From positions 868,001 through 932,000 of the forward strand of contig NC_087251.1 of NCBI RefSeq assembly GCF_037042905.1: DNA of 64,000 nt, read 5' to 3'. Numbering within the stretch: position 1 is the stretch's first letter; every line of letters begins with the position of its first letter. The notes beneath the pieces are model-generated. The model was not told the origin of the DNA. It worked only from the letters and a program-made list of their open reading frames with translations, and ran no database searches. Below are positions 13,344 through 27,000 of this stretch, in pieces. A program made the translations under genes and the position numbers. The DNA comes from Lytechinus pictus (taxonomy: Eukaryota).

Positions 13344-15281
13344 GTGACTTTCTTGATGTTTATTTAAATATCTCTGTTTGTTTTAATAGCATGGTGAAAA
13401 CTGACTCATCATTTACCTCTATCATAGAGATCACTATTTAAAGTACAATCATTTCAGATGAATCTGCCTCTCTTTGTCGTGTTTTAAAAATTTGATGTAT
13501 GCTTTGCTATCATAGAGGACAGTTTGAAAATGTGATACAGTAATCCATTTGAAAGAAATATTCTCATTTTATTTTATTTTATTTCATATCAAACATTGTC
13601 CAGTGGCAGCCTGAAGAAAATGTCTGTAGTCATGAAGTGCTGGATATTCTTTGGTCAATTTTTTTTCATGCCCAAAATTTTAATGTTATAATATTTTATG
13701 GCATAAACATTAATAAAGTTAGTTGTGCAAATCCAAAGTATAATTTTTTTCAGACTTTCAATTGAAATGTTTTCAAGGTCAATTTTTGTATCAGATGGTC
13801 CTTATCTAAATATTCTTTATTACTTGGTTTCTCATTGTATCATATTACATAAAGCTTATCATCCCTTGACAATTTCTATCAAATTAATTGCATTTCAATA
13901 ACATGCCTTGTGCAATAAACTTCATCTCATATTTGTAAATTGGCTTTACGATGTTAATGTGCTAAATATCACTTGTTCAATTTATGTAAAGTGCAGTCAC
14001 TTTTGATAGTCTAATTACAAACATTTGCACTTTTCATTTTGCAGTTCTCTTATTATCACCATGCGGTTTCTGCCTGAATAATTTTTTATCATGTATCTGT
14101 TTACAAATTACAATATAATTGATAGCCAGATCAAACAACCAATACTATAATTTGGAAAAAAAAATGGGGAGACATAAAGTAGCTCAAAGTGGAGGAATGA
14201 GATATTGAAAACTCCGGGAAGCAAGACTACATCAGCTATCAGGTCTGTGATGATAATTGCCCTTGTCATAGACGACCAATTTTATGGCAAATTAACATCA
14301 GTTTGGCCAGCCACATTAACACATCTCATGGGTTAAACTGCCTCTAACTGCCAAATACCTTTATTGAAATTGATTTCAAATGCTGATAGAAATAAACCTC
14401 TGTACATGGACAGCTTGTAGAGGTATGGTTATAATTTTCTGGAAAAATGTCCCATGAAAGTCAGTTAAAGGTCATTCTTATCCTCCAGCTTTTTATTTTT
14501 TCCTGTTGTTTTCCCTTATGAGATGCTAATTGGGAGCAGATGAGTTAAGCATAGCCTATAGGGGGTATTATTGGGCCAGCAACTCATAGAAAACAAATAT
14601 GCAGAATATTTTCTTCGTTGTAGTTTCATTCCAAACGTTTCCTTAATTAAACTTCCTTATCTCTTATTAAATGTGTTGTTGATTTTAATGTTCTAAATGT
14701 TCTATTTTGTGTTATGCAAGTGTGATTACCAAGTTGCTAAATTCACTATAGCAATTTCATTCACTTGTAATTGAGTTTTAGATGTTTATTTGTATTTTTT
14801 CATTTTTTCTGGTACAGATTAATTTGGGTTCTTTTTAATTAATCCATGGAAAATGTGTCGACCTTTTCTGTGCATTCAGTTTTATTTTTTTCCAATACTG
14901 GTTATTTTTAATTTGTAACAAACTTGTAATCAATTCACATTGACAACCTTTTTTGTTTTACTTTTCACATCCCTGACAATGAGTTATGTCCATTTTGAAA
15001 CAAAAGTAAGAAAAATAGACATAATCCATACCACCAACTTGTATTTAAACACTTATATACTATGATTGCATACATGTATATGTGATTTAAAAAAAACAAG
15101 TTGGTTGTTCAATATATCATTCATGATACAATGTAAACTGTAGTATCTATCACCATAATAATTCAGAGTGTTCAAACTTAACAGCCACTTGATATGTTAA
15201 AATTTTCGACATAGTATCATTGATCCCATTATTAATCAATTTCTTTTTCATTTTCATCCTAAATGATATGAAAACCTGTAG

Positions 15282-15349
15282 AATTTCTTGTGGACGACCC
15301 AGTAGACATCCAACCAGGACAGCTTAGACTCAGTGAAACAGACTGTTGA
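15282..15349 (+). CDS. Probable terminal coding exon of the SLC46-family gene
   Basis: Pyrimidine tract then ctgtAG. Phase-1 continuation gives (E)FLVDDPVDIQPGQLRLSETDC*, followed by UTR-like sequence with AATAAATAAA at ~17322. The acceptor is weak. Confidence 0.5.
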
Positions 15350-16196
15350 CAGTCAGAGAGAAGTGCTTGTTGATATCACCAAAGACCTCTGACAGGAGGG
15401 TCTACCCAGTACTGGTAGCCATTGGATGAAAATTCTCTGAATGATTGACATGAATTACATGAAATATGAACCTTCTGAAGTTTGGACCGGCAGGGTAGTA
15501 GATTGAAAATCACCAGGGTGTTTGCTTATAATCTCCATTTTAATTTTTTGTTTGAGGAAGGGATGTGGGCAGTAGATTCTATCCCTCCATTTGACATAGG
15601 AATAACAGTGCCATGGAATACATGTATGTTGTATTCACATTTCTTGTTCTCTTTATTTCAAAGATGAATACCAAAGAATAATGAAATTTTACTGATTTAC
15701 AACTTTTAGAAAGGGTTTCTTTCCCTTGTGTTTTCTATCATAAATGTTTTAAACTACAGTAGTATACATTGTTTGTCATATTATGAAGGAGAAAGGAAGA
15801 GTTGGCTATGTCGGTTTTGTCTTCTTTTTTTTTAGATAAAGAGAGAGTGCTATCACAGTATCCTGACATCTTCATATCCCTGAAAGTGTCTTTAAAAGGT
15901 AACACTAATGAATGACATACTGCTCTCATCTTTCATTTATTTAATTCACTCATATGGTAATACTTTATAATGATTGAGTAAAAAAACAGCATACAAAACA
16001 TTCATTTGGCAGACCCAGACAGTAACTGAATTTTAAAAAATGGGAGAGATTTTCTAAACAATTCTGAATCAATTTTGACTATAAATATTCAAGATTGAAT
16101 AATTTGTTCCATGTCCCATTCATTTTAAAACTTCATCTTCTCATTTTGAACAAATTTAGTTCAACAAAACAAATTGATTTGGTTTATTTCCAATTG

Positions 16197-16594
16197 GGCT
16201 AATGCCAATTCGTCCAATTGCCAACTCGTCACGTTCATTTGGTCTACCATCAGCTCGTCCACTATCCACATGGTCTTATTGCCAATTCGCCCATTCACCA
16301 TTTCGTCTAATAACCAGTTGGTCCAATCCATTCAGTCCATATACCATTTGGTCTAATTGGACTAAGTGTTAATTGTGCAAAATGAATAAAAATGAAATAG
16401 ATATTAGACCAACTGGTTATGAGACGAAAATAGTCATAGATGAAATGGTGATTAGACGAAGTGATGATTGGACCAAATGGCTATTGGACCTAATGGTTTT
16501 GAGAAGAAATGTTGATGGACAGAATGGCATAAGACATGAAAGTAGACCATGTGGTCAGTGGACGAGTTGGCAGTAGACGAATAGGCATTTTACC
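16197..16594. mobile_element. MITE built from short inverted sub-repeats
   Basis: AATGCCAATTCGTC...GCCAACTCGTC arm mirrored by GACGAGTTGGC...GACGAATAGGCATT; many GTCTA/TAGAC motifs. Confidence 0.6.
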
Positions 16595-16730
16595 ATTGAC
16601 TACACCTTGTATTCTTGTGGATTCATAACCTTTGAACTAATGATATTCTGCTTTTGTGTAGCATTTAATAACATCAGAACAATAAGCATATTTACAGGTT
16701 ATGAGAGTAATATTTGATTGGTACATTATG

Positions 16731-16914
16731 CAGGGGTGTGAGAGTTCAGATTTTTATCCAATTTCAGATTTTTTGGGTTTTTATTTTCAGCTTAATTTCA
16801 GCTTATTTTGGCTTTCCTCTGTACATAATGTATGGGAGCTCTTTCTATTTCAGACTTATTCAGCACTCTTCAGCTTTTTCCAGATCTTTTTATTTGTGAC
16901 TACTCACACCCCTG
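16731..16914. mobile_element. MITE with CAGGGGTGTGAG TIR and 6-bp TSD
   Basis: Perfect 12-bp TIR flanked by ATTATG on both sides. Confidence 0.75.
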
Positions 16915-17321
16915 ATTATGTTCATCAAACACTCAAATGTTTGTTCAAGGAGGGAGACCTTTCTTTAACATCATCAAGAACGCATTTCTTTTTGTCATTC
17001 TGGTTTTCATTGAATTTTAGAGTTGGTACAGGATTTCTCTGTTACAGACTAATTAGTGAAAAATCCATACACATTGCATTGTAATTGTATATTTACATAG
17101 ACTGTAGGTAATTCTGAAATATTTTATGTGCATGTTGGTCTTTTGAAGTGTATCAGGAGTTTGTTTTCACACTGCCCACAATTTCTTGTAATTTGAAGTA
17201 GCATGCAAGTGGAGTGGAATTCACTATCTTGACCTGTATATCTTGAAAAAAAAAGCTATTTTGATGAGTTTTATATCAAATGTCACAGCTTTGTTGACAG
17301 TCATTTTATTTCAACGATAAT

Positions 17322-17331
17322 AATAAATAAA
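17322..17331 (+). terminator. Candidate polyadenylation signal of the SLC46-family gene
   Basis: Overlapping AATAAA hexamers (AATAAATAAA) about 2 kb after the predicted stop. AATAAA is frequent by chance at this AT content. Confidence 0.3.
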
Positions 17332-18277
17332 AGTTGCATTATATTAACATTTCAATGCGCTTTCAATGATTCATTCTGAAGTATATAGAGTTTAACCTGA
17401 ATGTGCCCAAGCAGTAGCGAGTCCTGCAAATCTTCTGAAACTTTCCGACGTGATCTTGGAAATATTGTTAAAAAACTACTGTAGATTGTTCAGAAAAAGC
17501 AGCCACAATGTGACAAGCATGGGACTGTACTAAGTTTGCAAAGTACTTTATAAAAATAACAAAAACATCATTATCATAAATGGGTTGAAATGATGATAAT
17601 GTTACCATTTTCATTTTCATATCTAGTCATTCTATACAGGTGCATGATCATGTACTCACTAACCACTCATATGAGCCTATTAAAAGGTATGAATTAAACA
17701 TGTGTAAACAGAACTATTTTTTCATGAAAAGATAATATATCTTTCTCAATTAGGGGAAAGCACAAAAAGTAGCGTAATAACATGTATATGCATGGATACT
17801 TATTCACACAAATTTTATCTAATAAAGTATATATTTCATTCTCTTTCAAAAGAGAAAGAAGACATCTTAAAGAAGTTGTTTCAGAGTTTGGGAAATTTGG
17901 TAAAATCAGAGTTTTGATTGATAGATATGATTTACTGGCGATTTGAAATGTACTCTTGTTTACTCATGAAACTGAATTATGATTAGTGATACGAAAGCGA
18001 GCTTGAATGTTGTATACAATATAAAATTCTATGAAATGTTAAAATGTGAAAACTAATATAATTATTTTGATTACTGCCTTTTTGCATTGAAAATAAAATT
18101 GAAATATATTCACTTTAAATGCTTGATTCAACTTTTTGTTTCCTTTCTTGTTCTTGTGGATTTGTGAAAGAGATGCATTTTGATAGGTTAAGACACATAA
18201 TTTGGTGGTGTTCATGAGATCTTTATTCCCATTGGTCAATCATTAACTGAATATTTCTTGTTTTCATTGCCGATGTG

Positions 18278-18640
18278 TGAGAAGAGAGAGGCACAAATAA
18301 AGAGGTGTAATAGAAAGAGAGGTAAAAAACAGAGATGAGGATGAGATATGATGGATCCAAAGGAAGAGAGAAAGAATGAAAGGGAGAGAGATAGAAAGAG
18401 ATAATGAAAGGAAGAGAGATATAAATAGGGAATAAAAGGAAGAGAGAAAGAGTGAAATTGAGAGGGATAGAAAGAGAATGAAAGGAAGAGTTATATAAAG
18501 AGAATGAAAGGGAGAGAGAAGGGATTTGTGGCAGATAAATGGGAGGGAGTGGTAGAGAGAAAAGGTTAGAATAAAGATCAAAACAAGAGTGAAAGAGCTA
18601 TTAAAGGAGAGAGGACGGGGATGTTGAGAAAGGAAAGGAA
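18278..18640. repeat. GA-rich low-complexity tract
   Basis: Purine-rich degenerate (GA)n/(GAAA)n. Confidence 0.8.
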
Positions 18641-18744
18641 TCAATGGCAAGATTGTATCATTAAAAGATTGGTGTGTTAATTGTATTTTCGCCATCACTG
18701 TGCTTGAGAATATGGTTCGACATTATCATCTATAAGGTATAAAC

Positions 18745-19626
18745 ATTTGACCATGTGACCTAAGACATGTGCAAAACATTATTCATACTTGATTATCCTA
18801 ATGTCGATGTTTCATGAGCTAGATCCATAGACTTCCTTAGTTATGGTGCCAATTCAACACATACTCCTAACACGGCTAGAGTTCATTGACCTTTAACTGA
18901 CCTTTGATCTTGGCCATGTCCCTGAAATGCACACAGGGTATTCAGGGATACACTGCTGCTCTTATGTCCAAGTTTCATGAACTAGATCCATAGACTTAAA
19001 GTTATGACAATTCCACAAATACCCTCCAACATTACCAAAGCTTGTTGACCCTAAATGACCTTTGACCTTGGTCATGTGACCTGAAACTCGCACAGGGTGT
19101 ACAAGGATACTTGATTGCTCTTATGTCCATGTTTCATGAACTAGATCCATAAACTCTTAAAGTTATGACAATTCCTCAAATAACCCTAACATGGCCAAAG
19201 TTCGTTGATCGTAAGTGACCTTTGACCTTTATCATGTGACCTGAAACTCAAGCAGGATCTTCAGTGATACACTATTTCCCTTATGTCAACGTTTTATGAA
19301 CTAGGTCCATATACTTTCGAAGTTCTGACAAAATTTCAAAAACTTAACCTTGGTTAAGATTTCGATATTGATTCCCCCAACATGGCCTAAATTCATTGAC
19401 ACTAAATGACCTTTTACCTTGGTCATGTGACCCGAAACTCGGGCAGGATGTTCAATAATACTTGATTACCCTTATGTCCAAGTTTCATGAACTAGGTCCA
19501 TATACTTTCTAAGTTATGATGACATTTCAAAAACTTGACCTTGGTTAAGATTTCAATGTTGACGACGCCATCGCCGTCGGAAAAGCGGCGCCTATAGTCT
19601 CGCTCTGCTATGAAGGCGAGACAAAA
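18745..19626. mobile_element. HINE family A copy, one end truncated
   Basis: Same ~163-bp TGACCTTTGACC units and the same GGAAAAGCGGCGCCTATAGTCTCGCTCTGCTATG..GGCGAGACAAAA terminus. Confidence 0.8.
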
Positions 19627-21029
19627 AGGAAAAAGAAAGTAAATTTAAGTGATAACAATTGGGAGAGTTATCTCTTCATCTTTGTCAATGTTTACTCATA
19701 TCTTTTTTTAGAAAAGGGGAAGAGAAAAGTCAGTACATGTATTTTTATTTCTGTTTTAAACAATCATAATTTTCATATTCTTTGTCCAATTTCTTAAAAA
19801 CTTTTTTTTATGTATTTTCCTTGTCTTATCCTTGTTTTTAGTCAAAATTTTATTACCAATGGGAAAATTCTCTTTACCCCCCCCCCCCCCATTCCACTGT
19901 GATTTGTTTGCCATTTAAAAAAAAAGAGTAAATTCAAGCTCTATGAGAACACAAGCCCATACCTCAATATCTAAGGTTGTTTTCTAAAATTATTACTTTG
20001 CCTTTAGGAAGTAACCTGCTAACATGACAAGGTTGTAATTATTAAACTTACATGCTTTATGAGCATGAAGAAAAAAATGTAGCTGGATTTATTTCTGGTT
20101 TCTATCACTGTCAATTTCTGCTCAGCTATAAGTATTTTATGGAGACATTTTGAATAACATGTCCATCAAACGATAGATCTTTGAAGTGAATTTATTTTCT
20201 TCCCTTCTCCATGGGGTAATTTGGTGGGGGGGGGGGGGGGGGGGGCATGTCCTCGGGATAACATGCATGTATATTAGCCTGGTATTCATCAAACAGCTAA
20301 TTACCTCACAAATTACATTGAATTCAGCTGTTTTCATAAATCAATGTGCCCTTGGCTGTTTGGTGAATGAAATATGGCAAGAAATAATAAAAACAACTTG
20401 TAAGACATTTCTGGCTCATCATATATTAATTGTATTTGGCAGAAGGAATGTTATGGAAATTGAAATATTTTTTGAAGAAAAACATTCTATGATTCAAGTG
20501 TGTCATTCCATTTTGAGTCACAATATCTTAATTATTTTCATTCATCATACATTGTACACTAGATGATCTTAAAAAAAGAATACTGTACAAAATGCCCTCA
20601 AATAGAGTTTAAGATGAAAATTCATTATTTTCATTAAGCCACTCTCTTGGGTTTATCATTGGTGATTCAATCTAAAATGGATTTAAGTGAAATGTAAATT
20701 TCTTTACCCGACTTTCTGATGAAACATGGGTAATAAAAGTTACGCTTAAAATCCTCAGGGTATCACACTATTATTATCATTGAGAATTTTTATGCTGGTT
20801 TTAAAAAGGGTTTTTAAGTTAACTTTTTCTCATTTCTCAATTTATTTCCCAATTTTCACTCCTCCTAAAGGGAGAAAATGTATCTGGGTGTACATAGAGG
20901 CACATGACCAAAATTAGAGGTGGGCTTAGTTTTAGATATGGAATTATATTTAGAAAATTTTAAGTTAAACAAGAAAAATAAAAAATGTTAATAAATATGT
21001 TTATCTTTCTCACCAAGACGATCACAATT

Positions 21030-21232
21030 GCCATCCTCATCACCTACACTGCTATCATCATCTTCATCATCAACAACACATTATTAAACATGTATCATTA
21101 CAAACACTGCCATCATTATCATAAGTGCTATCATCATCACCATCATGATCATCTTCATCATTATCAACAGATTATTCCATTCACTTACCTACATTGCAGT
21201 CATCATCATCATCATGGTCATCATCATCATTT
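21030..21232. repeat. Degenerate (CAT)n microsatellite abutting the SINE tail
   Basis: Directly visible. Confidence 0.75.
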
Positions 21233-21233
21233 A

Positions 21234-21509
21234 TAAAATAATAATATAGGATTTGTATAGCGCACATATCCACCTTGCTAGGAGCTCAAGGCGCTTCTAT
21301 ATTAACCCGGCTAAGCTAGTCTACCGATTCCAGTGCGCACAACTTTTTGAGGAATTACTTCCTGCCGGTACCCAATACCTCACCAGGGTTGAGTGCAGCA
21401 CAATGTTGGTAAATTTCATGCTGAAGGAAAACACACCATGGCTTGGAATCGAATCCATGTCCTTCAGATTGAAAGACGAGAGTCTTGACCACTAGACCAC
21501 GACGCCCCC
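21234..21509 (-). mobile_element. tRNA-derived SINE with LINE-like tail
   Basis: Minus strand: GGGGCGTCG-TGGTCTAGTGG (A box)...GATTCGATTCC (B box-like), central TGCACTCAACCC...GGGTACCGGC, and tail AGCGCCTTGAG...GCGCTATACAAAT ending in (ATT)n. Confidence 0.8.
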
Positions 21510-22910
21510 ACAATGAATCTATGAACCAATCGCTCATTATCAAATATTTGAGGATTAGGATCAGAATTAGAGTGTACATGGATTTTATTATGCTTGGGTT
21601 CTATCACTGTATTTAACATACATGAAATAAATGAATCACACATTGTTGTATCACAAAATGTATGTTTATTCCATACTAACATAGTAAATAAGACATACAG
21701 ATTTACAATTTTTCATTTAATATACCATCTTGTGGCACTTATCAATTCACTGCCATTTATTTTGTCAGTACAGGAAATGGCTTTCCACTCCCATTCACTT
21801 AATACACAAAGCAAGAAGTTAGGTAACAATTTCATGAAAATGTTGTTCTCTTTGCATAAAACCTTTCACCATTCCATTGCCCACACACCCATCAAAAGAT
21901 GCATTGCTGTCTCTATTTGTACATTCACAAAATGGGAGCCATGCATGATAACCATTATAAGTAATGCCAATAATGCCCATGACGCACATGTATTTATCAA
22001 CGTACTCAAAACGAACTGAACAATTATCAGATGCACAAGGACATACACATATTAGAATGCAATGAATACATAGGGTCCTTAAAACCTTTTGAAACCGACG
22101 TCCCAGTGGTTGGGACCACCTTAGATTCATATGAATGCAGTTATCCTGTTCTTATCTAGAAAACTGCACTATGTAACCTACAGTAGATGGAATTTACAGC
22201 ACCTATAACCCAACATTCCAAATCAACAATGTTGTTAATTACATCAGGTCAATCACATTGTGCATTTCACCATGGTAGAATGTTGGCCAAAAAAATCCTG
22301 GTTGATATCATTCGATTATAATAATTATTACCAATACAGGGCATTTTAGCAGATAAATAAATGTCATATTTCGCTCGCTACTTTCACTCCGAGATCAACG
22401 GGTAAACATTTGCCATGTTGCCCTCCCCGGACTTTGCTAATAGGAATCCTGCACAAAAACAGGGGGCAATATTGGCCATATTTCTCCTAGTTTTGCTGGC
22501 TGAGTGTAATTTCAATTTTTGCAGGAATTTAAGCCTACATAAAGTTTGGTTTAATAATAAATAAGTTAATTTCCTATGAATATGAAAGCTATTATGTAAA
22601 TAGCAGTTTTAATTGAAATGATGAAAGTGTTTGCACAGAAATATCTGAAATTACGAATAATAACCTGTGGCATCACATGAGTCTTATCTATTAATAAAAA
22701 CAATGTAACAAATCAAAGAATGTCTGAATAACGACAATATTAGCTGAAATGTATCATCATCGCAATTCGCAACACTGATGATGGTTTTGTCTTTAGGCAA
22801 TATAATGTCCCGATGATTGTGGATATATAACAAATACCCATCTACTTTGTTACCAAACCTAGGTCTTGACAAAGCTGAATAACCTGAACTAAAAATGAAA
22901 AGGAGACTTG

Positions 22911-23379
22911 GGGTGTATTCAATGGCGGTTTCCAAATTTAAACAGCAACATGATTCATGATTGAAAACCTGATTACAAAACATGGATATAATGAGAATCA
23001 AAGGGTTTGTTCAATGTCCTTGTAAAAGTAAACATCTTTCAAATCATGTTTGGGAGGAAAATTCAAACGTCGAAAAAGATGCGTTTTTAAACGCGATCAG
23101 CTCAAATTTTACGACCTTGAGCATCGCGAATGCGACATTGAACACAATTGAGTTTTGAAACGTCTTTACATTTGCTCTCGCAGTGGTAGCCTACACAAAC
23201 AGTTGCCATAACTGACCTTTCTTGTGATGGGTCAAACTGCGCACTAAAGATGCGTTAACGAAAGCGGGAAATTTAAAGATGATATAAACAGCTTTATTTG
23301 TGTTCGGTGATTTGTAATTGAGTTTTCAATCATGATTCATGTTGCTGTTTAAATTTGAAAATCAACATTGAACACATCC
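22911..23379. mobile_element. PIF/Harbinger-like MITE
   Basis: ~70-bp TIRs (GGGTGTATTCAATG...AAATTTAAACAGCAACATGA and its inverse) with a 3-bp TTG duplication. Confidence 0.65.
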
Positions 23380-23852
23380 TTGGTTGGTTACAAAGGCTCA
23401 AACTTCTCTCCCCTGTACATCTTCAATCTCCATTTTTGTATAAATGCATACCTGTAAACCAGCTATAATTAGAGGATATGAATTGCTTCAGAAGCCCGAG
23501 GTTCAAGCCTGGTGACATTAAAGATCAGCTGTTAAACCTAGACATGTAATTGATACATTAAATCACAACTCATGTTTCTGATGGTAAGGATCTTGGTTGA
23601 GCTAGGTTATCATGGTTAGTAGGTTGTTGGTAACCTGGGCGTGTGTTCAATGGTTAAACTCTCATTGGCTCCTAAAAAGAAAATCTAAAACCAAGGCGAA
23701 AATTACACAAAAACTAGCTGAATATGATATAATTTATAGATCCCTCATATACTTAACGCACTTTCAAAGGTCTTATACAGGTTGGAATTCAGTCTATCAG
23801 TGGTTTACAGAATAGTTAGGTTCTTGCGCAAATCAAGGGATGCTGCCATGGG

Positions 23853-24061
23853 TTAAATTTCAGTCTCTTGAAACCTCAATAGTTTCTCTTTCTGTTGGTA
23901 TGAATCTAGACCTAGCTGTGATTCCATTATTTGTAGATTCTTGTTAAGCTTTGTCTTGTTGTAGCTATGCATGTAATGGAGTAATCTCTGCTCAAGAAGA
24001 TTGACTGTGTCAAGGGTGAGAACCAATGTCTTGTGTTTCAACATACTGTACACATTCAGAC
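23853..24061 (-). CDS. MRPL4: MRPL4 terminal coding exon
   Basis: (G)[68 protein letters not shown]; acceptor atatAG. Confidence 0.93.
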
Positions 24062-27000
24062 CTATATGCAAAGAACAAATGATACAAACAGAGATGACAA
24101 ATAAGATTAGTCATTGCATTCTGGGATGTATTAACAAAACTGACATCAATTCATTAACATACATCATACATTATCTTGAACACTGAATGACCGATGGTAA
24201 CTGCAATTTTAGGTTTGAGTAAATTAACTTGACAGATGTGGTACAGTGTTGCCAGTATTGGCAATGTTGTACTGGTCATTCACAACAACAAAAATTGTTA
24301 TATTTCTTTACCCTACTCTAACTTATTCAATGTATACCTTTTGGAAAAAAAGTAGCTGTCAAGATTAGCAAAGGTTACCTGCAAGAGGTAAAGTGGGATA
24401 ATGTCTTCCAATATTGATCCATTTTTATCTTGATTTTGTCTTTGAACAATTACTTTTTCATATTTTTTAGTCTTTATAAATTGATATTCACTCAATATAG
24501 TTCATCTTTAACTAACAAGTAAATGAGCTCTATGAGAGTAGCTTTGGCAGACATACGCATACTAGACGATAAACTTTGCGTGAGGGAATCTTAACACCAA
24601 ACAATCAATGATGCAAAAAAAATCTGAATCGCTGATAGATACCTCTCATTCCAAGCTTGTTGCATCAAGAACATAAATGATTTGTTTATCACTCAAGCGC
24701 AAGGGGGATGTGGACTTATCTCATCTAAAACACTTTGGAATGTGTTTCTCTTTACTATTAAAGTAGGATGATGGGAGAGATGAATAGCATCCAATAAACA
24801 GTGGAGTAAAAGGGCTCCTCGTAGAAAAAAATGTTCATTTCCTAGTTCTGATGAATATGCTTTAGGGAAATATCATATTTTGTGGTTCATACTTGTAATT
24901 GTTTTTAGGTTGTAACACTCCCAACAGATTGTGATAGTTGGTTAATGTATAACCATCCATATATTATTCCCCTGAAAGGAGACAAATGTTTAAAATATGA
25001 ATAGGTTGTGATAAAAAGGAAATACAACACCAGAAATTAATAGTTTTTACAATGTTTTTCTCAGCTAAGTGCATTTTTCTCTAATTTGTGGTTGAAGAGA
25101 AATATATCTGCATGGTGCATATTGGGTATATCATTATATCAGTGCAAGGGGGCATTTGTAATCACATTTTTGTGCATTCTTTCAGTTTTTGTGTAGAAAT
25201 ACAATGGGAATATGTATTCTGGTATCAATGTTACACAATTAAATGTAAAGCTAAGGGCATTATTATACCAATGAGGCAATACAACTGAAAATTTCCTAAA
25301 GCAAATTTTTTTTCTGAGGAAAGAGTTGATTGTAACTTATAATTTGATCGATCACACAGTTGTCTTAAAATTAACTTTCCTTATTTATTCCCTCCCTTTT
25401 TCATAGCCTGCTCCTAGAATTGTCTGCCGTTATTGTTTTTATAGCTACATGTATCTATAGATAGACTTTTCCTTTGAATTATCTTGATATCAAGTGTGAG
25501 GGTTTATGATGCCTCATTAAAAAGGGTAGAGAAGGCGTGAAGTCACGTTCTGAACAGAAACCAACTGTTGAGTGGTGTCTTACTTTCCAAAGATCTATTC
25601 TGATGGTTTGTTTAGACTTCCTCACGAAAATCTATACAAAGATGTTTAGAGAAATATAAATGGAAGAATTACTTTTTAATAAGCATTTTAATATGGTTGG
25701 AATCTTTGCCAAATTTTTCCAAAGAAGCTTCCGTTTCCCTTAGACAAAACCATTAATCCAGCAACCAAAGTTCAAAACTAAGTTCATGACCTTAGTAATT
25801 GTTCATAAGGGATTATTCCGGGGGGGGGGGGGGGCACTCAAATTATATTTTGATGGGGGTGTGCCTCACGAATCCCTGAAATGGGGGTCGAAGGAACTGA
25901 CCACATGGGTAAAATACAGGGTCTTGGGAACTAAATATATACTGGCTGGTGTGAAAAACAGGGTCTACGGAACATGATTGCGGTACAGTATACGGTGCAC
26001 GCTAGAGCACCGATTAATCCCGACTACCAGGTTCTGAGGAGATTTTCTATGGCTATAGGTTCTCTATTTGCTCACTAAAACATTTTTTTTTTTCTTGTAA
26101 TGGGGTAATAACCACACATCTGAATAGTGAGTCCATGTCCATCACTGTCATTAAGCAGTTTTAGAAACAAAACATAGACTGGTACAAGATGACGTCATTT
26201 TTTTGCCTGCCATATGCGTCAGGTACTTACCCTCGTCCACTACCAGAATTGAGAACCTCGCCACATTCATTCTGCGGTTCTCCTAAATCAAAGTCGACGT
26301 GCACGTGAGTGACGTCATTTTAACCGCTCACGCTCAGCATGAAGATCAACCTTTCCCTTTTAAAAACAGTTTTCCGTGACTTTTCACAAAATTAATGTAA
26401 GTTGTACAATGCATTATGTTTATCATATTTGAAATTGCTTTCTGATCTCCAAAATATATATCGATATATATCCTAACTCTCGTAAAAAAAAAATCAAAGT
26501 AAGTGAAATGGCAAGTGTGCACAATTTGCACCTTCGCATCACCCGACCAGGTCGCCAGGCGATGGTACGCCAGATCTTCCGGGTCAGGCAGCTTGTCATG
26601 ACCCACTGGTTATGACGCTGTTTCACGTGGACGTACCTACACGAACAAGTCAAGTGAAATCTCAAATATTCACATCTGTAGTGTACAAGGGCAGACGATT
26701 ACGTTGACTTGAACGATGAGACGACTGCAACGCCGTTCTTGTTCACTGCTCCTAAAACTCTCTATTATATGACTAGTACTACCAATCGATCATAAAGTCA
26801 TAGAAAAGAAAAATTGTGAATTATATAGTGAAAAATTTTGAAACTGAAAGAAACAAGACTAGGACTATGAATGGGATTTGATTTTAATTCTAGTATCTAT
26901 TTTTCACATCAAATGTATCATTTTGTTCCATGGATTAATCTATTTAATAGTCATGGTTCATAAAACTTTTTTTGTAATTTACAACCCATTGGATACTGCT

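Noticed and set aside
18264..18698. 144-aa hydrophobic ORF resembling a membrane protein
   Set aside because: Translation of a (TC)-rich low-complexity strand.
21435..21509. tRNA gene
   Set aside because: A and B boxes are present but there is no acceptor stem, and the sequence continues into a SINE body and tail.
24848..24880. CTGATGA...GAAA as another hammerhead ribozyme
   Set aside because: No stem I or stem II pairing around the core-like words.
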